A DNA stretch of 64,000 bases from Selaginella moellendorffii (lineage: Eukaryota; Plantae; Lycopodiophyta): contig NW_003314291.1 of NCBI RefSeq assembly GCF_000143415.4, positions 821,702-885,701 of the forward strand, given 5' to 3'. Numbering within the stretch: the first letter of the stretch is position 1; each line of letters begins with the position of its first letter. Below the pieces are notes generated by a model that worked only from the letters and a program-made list of their open reading frames with translations, was not told the DNA's origin and did no database searches. The position numbers and the translations under genes are program-made. This document shows positions 11,401-23,230 of this stretch, piece after piece.

Positions 11401-13099
11401 CACTCCATTTTACAAACTATATAACAAAATTTTATAATTTTTATATATATTTCAATGAAAATTAATATCCATTATGTCAAATTTGAGAATAAGGGATCAC
11501 AATTAAATAATTTGCAATATTATTGCAACAAAAAAGATTGTTAATGTATTTAATCAATTTCTACTATAAAATGTTATTATCATCTACAATTGCATATAGT
11601 AAAAAAATTAATTGGATTAAAAATTAAAATTTAATAAAAATGTTAAGTTTTTAATTTTATTTTTATAATAATAGAGATTTATAGCGATATTATAAAGATT
11701 AAGCTTTTGTAATTATGGATAATATTAAAGTATAATTTTTCTTAAGAAATTAAATTATGTAGTTTTAATTATAAAATATATTTACACATTTATAAATAAT
11801 AATAAAGTTTTTGGTATATTTTCTATTGTTCCACTTAATTCCATGAATAAATTTTATAAAAATAATAAATAAAACATTTTATAACTCTGGGTAAAAATAA
11901 TTCTTTAACTAAAGCTTTTATTCAAATAATTAAATTTTAAAATATATACCTTGAGACTATAAATATTAGGTATAAGACACATCCTTGATACCAAAATTTG
12001 TTAGACACACCCTGGAATTATAGAACTATCTTGGAATATAATAAATCATATTTCCTTGAAGGGGTTTTTCATATAAAGTGGAAACAATATAAAAAACTTT
12101 TATATAAATTTTAAATATCAACTTTTATAAGTGATTTATGTAACAAAAATTACATTTTATTTAATTTTATAGAAAGACAAATTGTTGCCATCAGATTTTA
12201 AAGTCTTTAAAAATATTTTAAAATTACTTTTTATTATTTCTATTTGATTTTTAAAATAATACTAAAAATGAAAATATTTATTTTGATAATTATCTTACAA
12301 TTAACTTCTTCTTTTTTTTTGTATCCAGTTTCATGTTTTACAACATGGTTTGTTGTCATCATCATTAGTGTATTATTCAATCTTATAGATAGTTAAAAAT
12401 AAATAATATATGATTTAAATTTAATACTATCTTATATAGTGAGTTTGAGTTTTGTCATTGTTTAAAAAAATTGTAAATGTAAAGAAATTTTGTATAGAAT
12501 AATATTTAATGTATATGGAATAAAATTTAATAAAATATGTCAACAGTTTATATATATAGAGAGAGAGAGAGAAAGAGACACACACACACATAATCAAATT
12601 TAAACTCTTAATTTTCAAATTCCGGGATAAAGAAAGTCAAAATAATTCAGAAAAACAAATTTAACAAATTTATTAAACCGAGATTTTTTTTTCTTACATT
12701 AGTCAATAATATAAATATTTACTAGGTTTATATCAGTTAGTCATTTTTAGTTTTAAAAAATGTCAGTTACTAAATTAACATAGTTTGAGGATCGAAACAT
12801 TGTTTCCACGTCAAAAAGGAAAACCAAAAAATGAAACTTCAAAATCCACTAGCCAGGAGGCAAACATTGAAGCATTGAGAAATGATTAACACGCCACTTC
12901 AATCAGAAGCACACAAACAACCATGAAGGACGCATTGTAAGAGATAAATTAGTCCGTGCAGAGATAGCACACGCCATCACGGCATAGTTCGTAGATGTAT
13001 TGGCCGGCCTCCACCCCTCCCCAGGTAGATTTTTCCGCTCGCCCACAACCAGTAGATTTGCTATGTTTCCTTTAGGGTTTAGTGAACGATATCTTGCGG

Positions 13100-13935
13100 C
13101 CGAGGAGAACTGGGAGAAAGCTCTAGCTAGTTAATTGATCGAGAAGGCGAGAACATTGCCTACGAAGTGGTAGAGGTTTGTCTCAATATTAGTGGACTCT
13201 TACGCTCGCTTCTCAGCATTTTTCGAGACACTTCCATTGTTTCTCTTCTTTTGGGACTGATAGTTTTTGCAGGGTAATCCAGCACAGAATTGGCACCCGG
13301 CCAGATCGCAATCTTTCGGATGCTGTGGACGCCCGCCAGGTTTTTCTCTAAGCTTTAGAGTTCCTTTTCCGTTTTTGGTTCTAACAGATGTCTAGGAGAT
13401 CGATGTACGTAGAGGTGCTTCCTTCACTCGCTTTCAGACAAGGACCGCTTTGTTCTTCCATTTGACGAGCCATTCTTAGCTATGGCCCGTACCAGGTAAC
13501 GAGAGAAAAGAGAATCTCCATTAACATACTCAAGGCTTTGTCGTTGAAAGATACTGGCAAGTTCATCCTGAAGGTTTTTGGACCATAAACTGCGTGTACA
13601 GCTCGGAGAACGATGGAGCGTCCTTCAAATGGGCGTAAGTCGTAGCTTGCTTAGTTTCCACGTTTCGCAGGCGTGGCCATCTCTTCGACTATGTACCCGC
13701 CGTTGCCATATATGAAATGTGCGTGGAAGAGCCTCTTGCTACGGTTAAATTATCTTCCTTTCATCATTCGTACACGCTCGAAAGATTACCTTGGGTCTCA
13801 GGAGACAATGAAGGTGTGAATCTCTAAGCTGTTGGTTCGTGTTTATCAATCGGCAACCTTTGAACTTGCAGGCCGCGGAAGAGCTCTACCAACAAGGATT
13901 CATCCGCTATCCCCGGGCTCAGTCAGATTACTTTT
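13100..13935 (+). pseudogene. TOP3A: DNA topoisomerase III alpha relic (exons eroded, GT-AG introns retained)
   Basis: Ordered motifs lie in successive mini-exons: DREGENIAYEVVE (13137-13175), NLSDAVDARQ|EIDVRR, SYGPYQ, SFKWA|RGHLFDY and ETMK|AAEELYQQGFIRYPRAQSD (13872-13928, the catalytic-Tyr motif). Confidence 0.85.
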
Positions 13936-14149
13936 CGGAGAGCACTGCTCTTCGAGTGTGTGTTGCATAGGTTCCTAGTCACCTTGAGCTGATATCGACA
14001 AAGCTCACCCGCCTGTAGTTCTACAGAGGGATGCTTGCATTGCAAAGCTCCTTGAGAATTTTTAACTTGGAAAGTAAGTGTGCCATAAAGCTTTGCACAT
14101 GAACTACTCATGTTCTGTTTTATTGCAGCTTTGGAAAACTGAGATAGTA

Positions 14150-15781
14150 ATGGCTGCTTTACAAAATCCTCCAGAAACACTTTGGACCAGGAAAACATTT
14201 ACGAAGCAGGAACAACACCAGGACATAGCGGTGCTGATAAATGCCTTGAAGCAGTGCAGACGTTCAAAGGACCTGGAGAAGGGACGGAAAATTCATGCAG
14301 AAGCAATCGAAAGCGGCAGCATCTCGAACATTTACGTGTCAAACACTCTGATCGACTTCTATGCAAAGTGTGGGAGCATGAACGAAGCTCGCAGTGTGTT
14401 CGACAAGCTGCAAGCCCGCGAAGTGGTGTCCTGGAATACTCTAGTGATGGGCTACGTGCGAAACGGACAGAGTGACCTCGGCTTGGATTTATTTTCAGCC
14501 ATGCTGGCCGAGGGCTGTGCTCCAAACGGCAGAACTTTCGTTGCTGCGCTCAAGGCTTGTCTCGGTCTGGCTGAGAACGAAGACGGCAAGAAGATCGACG
14601 GCAAATGGATGAAGGCTAGATCTCTGGAGCAAGTAATGGCACTTCATGTCCTGGCTGTGAATTACGGGTGCGAGCTCGAACTTTTCGTGGCAAGCAGCCT
14701 GGTTGACGTTTATGCCAAGTGCGGGGCCTTGCGAGATGCTCAAAGAGTTTTCGACAGGATGAAGTTTCGTGGGGTAGTTTCATGGACTGCTTTGATGCTC
14801 GGGTACATTGAAAGCGGGAAATCCGAAGTTGCCATGAAGCTATTTCCTGGCTTGCTAGCACAGGGGTGTGGGACTGATGCTCGGGCTCTTGTTGCGGTGC
14901 TGAAAGCCTGCACCAATGTTGCTGCTCAAGAGGAAGGAACAAAAGCTGGCGATGGCAAGGTCGTGAAGTTGGTTCTTTTGGAAAGAGGCATGGCTATACA
15001 CAGAAAGGTTTTGAGGAGTGGCACCTTGGATATCTTCGTCCTCAACACGCTTGTGGACTTGTACGCTTCGTGTGGGAGCATGGTGGACGCTCAGAGAGTC
15101 TTCGATACAATGCCTCGACGTGATGCCGTGTCCTGGAACGTTTTGATGCTGGGCTACGTGCAAAACCAGGAGTTTGCTGCCGCTCTCAGCGTGTTCTCGC
15201 TCATGATGCAATCCCGGGACAGCACTCCAAACTACTTGACGTTTGTCGCTGGATTGAAGGCTTGTGGGAAGTTGATGGTTTCGGAGACTGGAAGACGAGT
15301 TCATGCGGAGCTTTGCAGGCGTGGCCTGGAGAACGATGCGGTTCTAGCAGCTTCACTGGTGGACTTTTATGGGAAGTCCGGAAGAATGGTGGATGCGGAG
15401 GTTGTGTTTGATGCTACCGTGAAAAGGGATGTTGTGACATGGACTGCTCTAGCAGTGGGCTACTGCCGGCAAGGAAACACCAAGCAAGTTCTTGAGATCT
15501 TCCACAGAATGCAAGAGAAAGGACTACAGCCTGACGGGATAATGTTTCTCTCCATCTTGACTGCGTGTAGTCACGCTGGTATGGTAAATGAGGCTAAGCT
15601 CCTTTTTGAAGTGATGCGGTCGAAGTATGGGGTCAGCCCGGACATTGAGCACTACCACTGTATGGCAGATCTATTGGGACGTGTAAGCCAAGTCGACGAA
15701 GCGGTGGATGTGGTAAAAACCATGCCCTTTAGAGCGAATGTTGTTACGTGGACCACGGTGCTGGGTGCTTGCCGGAAGTAA
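14150..15781 (+). CDS. PLS-class PPR protein, ending within the E domain
   Basis: P-L-S motifs (YAKCGS..EARSVFD, DVVSWN), then LTACSHAG...HYHCMADLLGR...WTTVLGACRK*. The ATG at 14150 follows a splice acceptor at 14128; the true N-terminus is uncertain. Confidence 0.9.
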   Translation: MAALQNPPETLWTRKTFTKQEQHQDIAVLINALKQCRRSKDLEKGRKIHAEAIESGSISNIYVSNTLIDFYAKCGSMNEARSVFDKLQAREVVSWNTLVMGYVRNGQSDLGLDLFSAMLAEGCAPNGRTFVAALKACLGLAENEDGKKIDGKWMKARSLEQVMALHVLAVNYGCELELFVASSLVDVYAKCGALRDAQRVFDRMKFRGVVSWTALMLGYIESGKSEVAMKLFPGLLAQGCGTDARALVAVLKACTNVAAQEEGTKAGDGKVVKLVLLERGMAIHRKVLRSGTLDIFVLNTLVDLYASCGSMVDAQRVFDTMPRRDAVSWNVLMLGYVQNQEFAAALSVFSLMMQSRDSTPNYLTFVAGLKACGKLMVSETGRRVHAELCRRGLENDAVLAASLVDFYGKSGRMVDAEVVFDATVKRDVVTWTALAVGYCRQGNTKQVLEIFHRMQEKGLQPDGIMFLSILTACSHAGMVNEAKLLFEVMRSKYGVSPDIEHYHCMADLLGRVSQVDEAVDVVKTMPFRANVVTWTTVLGACRK

Positions 15782-16039
15782 ATTTCACTTGCGTTATGTG
15801 ATTTTGACGTGGAGATTACCGTCATGCAGAGTTCTTTTTATCAGCAAAGGAAGGTATTCCTTCGGGTCTCCAAAGAGAAGCGAGGGACATACTTATCCAA
15901 TTATCTAAGTGAGCTACTCGTCAAGCCAAGGTCAAAAAGGTGCTAGAGAAACAATCAGGTTTCTGAAATGTGGAGAGGAGTGGTTTCAGCTATGAGCTTT
16001 TGAGTTTTCCGTGATTAACTGGAGCACTTTAGTCGTGCT

Positions 16040-16330
16040 AGCAGCAAACCCGCACAGGAGAAGCTGAAGGCCTTTAGAAGCATTTCCCATATGAAAACCT
16101 ATGGAAGTATGGGGAGTGTTTGACAAGGTAGAACACGATGTGATCTCATGAATAGAGTATGCTCAGAATACACAGCCTGGAGTTATTTGCAACAATGGCT
16201 TTCCAACAGCATTCAGCCAAAACTCGCTGAGCGTCCGCTGTTGAGAAGAGTATTTAGCTCTCCCTTGAGAAGCCTTCACAGGCCAAGCTTCTGTGAACTC
16301 CTGTTTCTCTGCTAGCCATGCACGGTCATA
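16040..16330. pseudogene. Scrambled PPR relic paralogous to the PPR gene at 36.8-39.7 kb
   Basis: Plus-strand pieces (aaacccgcacaggagaa; ggaagtatgg..gtgtttgacaag) are followed by a minus-strand piece encoding AWLAEKQEFTEA, compared with AWLAEKEEFTEA at about 38735. Confidence 0.7.
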
Positions 16331-17516
16331 GTGAGCAGATTTTAACAAGCCTTCCTCAGGTGTTGGTTTATTTATCAGCTGAATGTGACTTCAGTAGTCT
16401 AGCTTTTGAGTCTCCACCATCCCAAAGTTGAGAGGGGACCACAACCATTAGGAAACTTGCAAACAATCGAGTCATATGGACGTGACTGGTCAACTTCTAA
16501 CAGTTCTCGAGTTTTACAAATAAATTTATTTATTCAATTCTATCTAATAAACACTGCTTAGTGGCATATTACTAAGTTAAAATCATTTTAATTTTTAGGA
16601 ATATAATAAAATTATTATTATTAAAATGCATTTTTGTTTTATCAACAATTTTTTGATTTCCATATCAAATAATACTGCACAAAAAATTAGTTTAAATTAT
16701 AATATAAGAATATACAAGGGCACATTCACAAATACGTAAAATTGTAAGACTTTTGTTTAATAATATTAACTATAACTTTTTTGTCAAAATCAAATGTTTA
16801 TAATTATTCTTGGATCACAAAAACTGAGTCATATATTCATGTTAGCATAGCATTATTAATTTTAATTTAATTTATGTTTTAGATTCTTTATAATTAAAAG
16901 AAACAGTGGTAAAAAAGTAATTTAAGCTATATATACTAAATATCAAGATAGTGTAAAAAATTTAAGCCAACTAAGAAAATTTATAATTTATTTATTAAAT
17001 AGTTATTTTTAATTTGATTTATTTTTTGAAATTGTTTTGGCTAAAATTTTAGATGAGATGCATAAATGCATGTAAATAGTGATGAAATTTCAAGAATGTA
17101 GATTATTTTATTCCACATAATCAACAACCATCATATCAATCTTCTATAATTCTTTAAAATCAAATAGCATAAATTATTTGTTATATAAATTATGAATTAC
17201 AAAATAATAATAATTTTAAAAAATCAACAACAAAATGGGTATGAAAGGAGTATTTTGTACTTAATAATAATTTCTCCTTTTGTCCTCCTATTTTTAAATA
17301 TCTTTAAAAATTAAAAACTATTAAATATTAACTTCAGGAAATTAATCTCATTAATTGTCTAGGGTTTATAGGATTAGGGTTTGGATATTTTGTGTGAAGA
17401 GGGGGAAATGCGCGATCGATCGGAGCAGGGGCGAGGAGGGACTGGATGTTAGGCAGCAGGGCCGCCAGCAGGAAAATGCTTTGGTCCAGATTTGGGCCTG
17501 GATCGGGCTGAGCATT

Positions 17517-19300
17517 ATGATGTATAGCGCATGGATTGGGTTCCAGCGCGCGAGCAGATGCCCGGATCGGGAGATTACCATCGCCAATTCGATCCTAGCT
17601 GCGATCAATGCGCTGATAGCTATTGCGGCATTTTCACAGGCAGGGCAAAATTTTTCCTTCCGCAGTTTTCTCTCTTTAATCAAACAAAACTCTCGCAGCT
17701 TCTTCGATTGTACTTGTATACTCTGCCATTGCGGTGGACACGGCAAAAGGTATGCCTGTATTCTTCTCTCGATCACTGTTTTTCCCTTCCAGGTTTTTCA
17801 TTGTTTGATTGGCGTGGCGAGTCTTGGTACGCTTGTTAGCTAGTGTAAAATCCTTGCGTTACACAGGTTTTGGACAGGATATTGTCTATATTTCGTGCTA
17901 AACGTGATTGCACCCTGCCAAGGATGGTATTGCTGGAAGCATGCGTGTGGATTTATAGCCATGGGTACGTCTTTAATGTGTGTGCTTGGCTCGTTTTACT
18001 GACAACGAGTGTTTCTTTATTGATGCAGCTGTTCCTCAGATACTGTTTCTTGCTACCTTCTTGCTGTTGTTATCGTTCTGGTACGCTTCCTTTTGTCTAG
18101 TGTATCGAGAAACTTATCCTCTATCAGGGTGGATCTTTGTCATCAAGCCACAGATAAGGAAGAGGAGGAGGATGACGAGGAAGAAACTGATGGAGCTCAA
18201 GCACAGGCTACAGTCGGCAAGGATCCCAAAGTCCCAGTGCACACGGACAAGCATCGCCGCTGTTGTCATTGGTGGAGATCCAGAATTCATGGCCGTCAGA
18301 AGTTTGTGATAGCGGTGAGTTTCCAAGTTACTTGGGTATTTGGTACTAACTTGAATTATTTTTGAAGGTTGTGATGCTGATATTCATGATCACCTTAGTC
18401 TGTGCAATTCTGATATGGATCGGGATGGGGGACAACTTCATAGACTCTGGGACTGTTGCCGAGGTGACAAATAATTATTGGTCCATGCTGCGTTGACATG
18501 ATACTTGCTTGCAGATCTACTCGGATATGCTTGCCATTGTTATTTTTTTGTCCGGTGGGGGCCTGGCAGGATATGGTATGAGGGTTCCTTTCGGGAACCG
18601 TATGTTCTAATCAAGGCTTTTCCAGGACTTGCATTATATACAAGGATGAGCAGGCTGCGTGTTGGAAAGACATCAGCAGAGTTACAAAAGGTTTGAATCT
18701 TTTTCGTTTTCTGGAAATATGAGGGGAAACTCTCAAGTTTATTTGCTCTCAGGTAGCAGGGTTGGCAGTCGTATCGGTGCTGTGCTTCTCCATACGTGCT
18801 CTTTTCATTCTTTTGGGCGTAAGTCCTGATTCCACTTTGTGCGACATCAGCTATGGTGGGCCTATTTTGCAGGTGTTTAAAATTCGCAGCCGATACACGT
18901 CCGTAGTATTCTTTCTGTATTCATTCATAGGTATGGATGCATTTCAGAAGTAATCTTTGATGGTTTGCGGTTTGTTGTTTAGGTGAAGTGATACCTTGCG
19001 TGGTGGTGCTCTGGGTGATGAGGAATAATCCGTCACGACTGAGCAGTACGCAGAGTCGGCGGTCCGTGACCTCGGTTTCCGGCTATCAGCAAGCTTTAGC
19101 GCAAGAACAGGCACTTCTGCAGCAGTGGATAGTTCCGGATGATATGGAGTCGATCATTGTGGCGTCTAGCAGAAGCAGGAGGAGCAAGTCTGGAAGAGTA
19201 GCCGATTCTTCAGAGGTACGAATGTTGTGTTTTTGCTCTCTCATCCATCAAGCTCCACTTGCATTTTACTTTCCAGGGAAGCACAAGCAATTCTGGCTAA
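17517..19300 (+). CDS. THH1/TOM1/TOM3-domain (DUF1084) multi-pass membrane protein, multi-exon
   Basis: Spliced reading gives NSILAAINALIAIAAFSQ-LLR..RWTRQK-VFHCLIG..VPQILFLATFLLLLSFW-VDLCHQATDKEEEEDDEEE..GEVIPCVVVLWVMR. The stop is TAA at 19298-19300. Confidence 0.8.
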
Positions 19301-19982
19301 ATAAAAGCAGCGGTGTAAATACCGATTCTTTCATTTGTAATTCAGGAATTTGGCTCTGTGCCTCTGTTTTGTGGAGCTGCTGGTAACTCCTACATTCTTT
19401 TCTCCAGGACGCCTATCGCAAGCACGCAAAGTGCCATGTCTAAAAGAGATGCGAAAGCTTTCATTGAGAGGATCACCAGCGGAAAAAGTCAGTGTAAGTC
19501 AATAAAAAGTCAAGAAGTAAATGAAAGTCAATGGTATTGAAAGTTGTCTTGCTTCATTTAACTCATTCGCTGAGAGCCAAGAAGCACACTCACACAATGT
19601 AAGAGCGCTGAAAAGCTCCAGGCGGTGTCCGAAATGCCCCACCTGCAAAAGGAGACCGTGCACAATGGAGCTGGGACTCGGCCGAGATGGACGAGACGCT
19701 GGCAGTGTGCCACATCACGCGCCTCTCCGACGCCGAGAGGAGCGCGTGTGCTGGGACGCTGGGTTGGGATGGTGCGCGGGAGCAACTGGATTGCATGGTT
19801 GATTTTGCTCGCCAGCAGCTGCTCTCGACTGGATCAGCTGGAATTGTTAGCCTTGCGTCGCTTGACAAGACGAGGAGGTGAGTGAACACTTGGAGCGCAT
19901 ACTCCATAAACCAAGTTTTTCAACGATTGTTACACAAAGTTCTTCCACTTCTTAAGGTTGTATCCTTCGTTTTTGTTTCCCT

Positions 19983-20770
19983 TTGCTAGTGAGTTCTGAG
20001 TTGCCTGCACGCAACACCATCGCATGGATTATTGCAGAGATCTTGTTTCACAGAATGCTTACCTCCGACGTGGTTTCCACGACTGCTATGTTATCAGCAT
20101 ATGCCCAAAGCGGGCATATTCTTAAATCTAACAGATTGTTTGAGAGAATGCCCGAATGGAACTTGGTCTCCTGGAATGTGATGCTCGCTGCTCACACCCA
20201 AAGTTTCCATTCCTTGGAAGTGAAGAGTCTCTTCAAATCAATGCCAGTCATGGATTTGGTGTCATGGAATGAATGGAAGCTCTCTGGAAGAAGCAAGGCA
20301 AGTCTTCGAAGTCATGCCAGAAAGAAGTATAGTTTCCTGGAACACTCTTCTTTCCTCGTTCGCGCAGCACGGGCATTTAGAAGAGGCCAAGCAATTTTTC
20401 TCGGCAATGCCGGAGCACGACTTGAAGGCCTGGAACTCGATCCTCTCGGGCTCCGCGAACTTTGAGAACTTTCGCGAGATACTGCGCCTCTTTGGAGCAA
20501 TGCCTGCGAGAGATTTGATATCCTGGACTGTTCTCCTTCCAGAATGGTTTCGTCGATCGAGCCACCAAGATCCTGGAGCGGATGGAGCAGCGATGCCTGG
20601 AGCGTGATGCTCGCTGGCCTTGCTCACGGCAGCTACTTCCACCGAGCTATAGAGACGTTCCACTCGATCAAAACCACGTCTACACCTGACGAGACGTGCT
20701 TTGTGCTGGCCCTGCTAGCTTGCGGCCACGCCGGGAGAGTGCGCTGCTTCGTCTCGATGAGCTTGGATTT
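19983..20770 (+). pseudogene. Frameshifted PLS-PPR pseudogene
   Basis: S-type motifs (MPEWNLVSWNVML, MPERSIVSWNTLL) and LLACGHAG are split across three frames. Confidence 0.8.
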
Positions 20771-20911
20771 TAAAACGCGCCTGTGTTGTTTCCAAGATTT
20801 CTGTTGGAAGAAGTCCCGATGCATATGGGCTTTCAGTTCTGTCTATCCATTTTCTGGCTATCAGGAGAGATTTCCCGCCTGGCACTTAGGGTTTTTGGTC
20901 TGGAGAATCTC

Positions 20912-22787
20912 ATGGCGCTGGCGCTCGAAGAGCAAGATAGATCGATTGCTGGCGGAAATTTCATGGTGGAGGCTGCTCGATTCTGGCCGCGGTGCCATGG
21001 CGATGCTCGATGCCGGTGCTGCGATGACGAGGCTCGATTCCGGGATGTCTGGCCGTGCCGCGATGGTGAGGGTCGATTCCGGCCGCCGTGCGATGGCGAT
21101 GATCGCCCGTTCGATGGCGATGATCGCTGCTTCCAGCCGCCGTGCGATGGCAAGGCTCGATTCCGGGATGTCTGGCTGTGCCGCGATGGTGAGGGTCGAT
21201 TCCGGCCGCCGTGCGATGGCGATGATCGCTGCTTCCAGCCGCCGTTCGATGGCGATGATCGCTGCTTCGAGCTGCCGTGCGATGGCGATGCTCGATTCCG
21301 GGATGTCTGGCCGTGCCGCGATGGTGAGGGTCTATTCCGGCCGCCGTGCGATGGCGATGATCGCTGCTTCCAGCCGCCGTTCGATGGCGATGATCGCTGC
21401 TTTGAGCTGCCGTGCGATGGCGAGGCTCGATTCCGGGATGTCTGGCCGTGCCGCAATGGTGAGGGTCGATTTCGGCCGCCGTGCGATGGCGATGATCGCT
21501 GCTTCCAGCCACCGTGCGATGGCAAGGCTCGATTCCGGGATGTCTGGCTGTGCTGCGATGGTGAGGGTCGATTCCGGCCGCCGTGCAATGGCAATGATCG
21601 CTGCTTCCAGCTGCCGTGCGATCGCTGCTTCCGACCGTGCTGCAAGGTTTGGATGTTTGCTCCTGCCACAAACACCATCCAGGTGAGTACTGTTATTAGT
21701 TTTTTAATATAGTAATGCTTATGTGTGCTTTTCAATACTTTATAGGGCAACCAGGCAAAACATGATTCCACTCTACTAGAGATTGCTCCTGTTACAAAGG
21801 CCTTCCAGGTATTTTCTTTATTTTCGCAGATTTTTAATAGTAATGTTTAATCACATGTTTTATAACAGGTGGATCCTAAGCCAGGTGGATCCTAAGCCAG
21901 GACGTCTTTTTCCAGACAGGTTTATTTATATTACATTGTTGTTATTGATAGTATTGATTACTCTTTTTTTTTTCAGATCAAATTCTTTTAAAAGCAACAC
22001 AATTATTCTTGGATTTGTTTGGGATCACGGAAACTATGTAATATGTTCAGGTTAGTTTTAAATTATTAATGGAGTTATAGTTTTAACAATTTATGTTTTA
22101 GATTCCCGTCAAGTGATGGTGAATTCAAGATGTCAGGATAAAAATGCAATTAGGAAGAAGAAGGTGGTAAAATTGAGGATTGGTAAACAAGAGGAATATC
22201 ACGAATATCAAGATGGAGCAGAAAAATTAATTTAACCAAGGCAATCTCCATTTACTACTATTGGTTTCTCTGGTAAGACTTTTCTATTTTAAATGTTTGG
22301 TTTGTAAATTTTGTTTTTTTAGGTAATGGCTCTGGGATAGCTAAGGCTTTGGAAGAAATTAAAAAGATGAATGGAGATGCTGGTGATATCTCAAAAAGGT
22401 TATGTGCTTTACTCAACAAAGAATCATGGAAGATAGACATAATGGTAGTTGGTTATATTGGACGAGGTAATTTTAGTTTATTTGTTATTTAAATTCTAAT
22501 AATTTGACTTTTTTTCAGTGGCAAAGCTATTTCTCATTGTCGAGACAGAGCCAAAGAAATGGGTGGTAAAGGAAGTGAAGGAAGGGTGTATTGGCTCTGG
22601 AACTCCCTATGCTTTACCAGTTTTGAGGAGATCTCTTCACCGAGCCCGTGATATCAACGAGAAGACAGCTGCACAGATCGCTCTCAACGCTACTAGTGTT
22701 GCAATCGACAATGATCCTAACTGTGGCTATCCCATGAAGTGTATTGTTTTTGGGAAGATCGGGCACAACAGAGAGTATAAACAATGA
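20912..22787 (+). pseudogene. Cys-rich repeat peptide fused to a divergent proteasome-beta/Ntn-hydrolase-like domain; 7-exon model, probably disabled
   Basis: Exons 20912-21682, 21746-21808, 21885-21919, 21977-22050, 22102-22272, 22323-22466 and 22519-22787 have GT-AG introns and compatible phases. The domain reads TIILGFVWDHGNYVICSDSR...EKLI*...IGFSG...IMVVGY...CIGSGTPYALPVL...AAQIALNATSVAIDNDPNCG. There is an in-frame TAA at 22233-22235 and a 16-bp duplication at 21869-21900. Confidence 0.65.
20995..21640 (+). repeat. GC-rich higher-order tandem repeat; 30/33/39-nt subunits, all multiples of 3
   Basis: Subunits encode DGEGRFRPPC, DGDDRCFQPP(C/F) and DG(K/E/D)ARFRDVW(P/L)CR; the last occurs 5 times. 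Confidence 0.92.
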
Positions 22788-23230
22788 GAGTCTACAGTGG
22801 AGTACTTTGTACCAGTCTTCTGGTAAGTTTTTTTTTATACTTCATGATTCTTATTGGTTATTAATGTTACAGACTACAAACGTTACTGGAAATTGTAAAT
22901 TCACGAAGTGATTGTTCGCGCTGAGCATTGTCAGTGCATGATGGGATTGGGTTCAGGACGATTACTGCGCTGGGCAGTTGTGAAATTACATCTTAACCCT
23001 TTGAGAGGATGAAAAAGTGGGTGTATAGCGAAACTCAGCCATTTTACTAAAAACGACACTTGAATAACTTGCTTTTTCCTGGTTGGCCATGCGCTGTTCT
23101 CACTATATATTAGAGGCCATATTTAAAAAATATATGTCGCTAAAACAAAAAGTTTCAAATGTCCTAGATGTTGAACTTGGAGCATTAACACTTGGAGCAT
23201 TAACCTCATGCAAAGAATCAAACAGAAACT

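Noticed and set aside
11400-12800. AT-rich tract (also 16500-17350) as MITE/Helitron
   Set aside because: No TIRs, TSD or CTAG/hairpin terminus could be supported by eye.
15781-16000. DYW deaminase domains after the PPR genes
   Set aside because: No HSE/CxxC/DYW motifs were found downstream of any of the three PPR ORFs.
20544-21771. Alternative frames of the GC-rich repeat (Met/Ala-rich plus frame; SPSHGG and HRTAAG minus frames)
   Set aside because: Open because the repeat lacks stops. Only the Cys-rich frame joins the downstream exons in phase, although the others cannot be fully excluded without RNA data.
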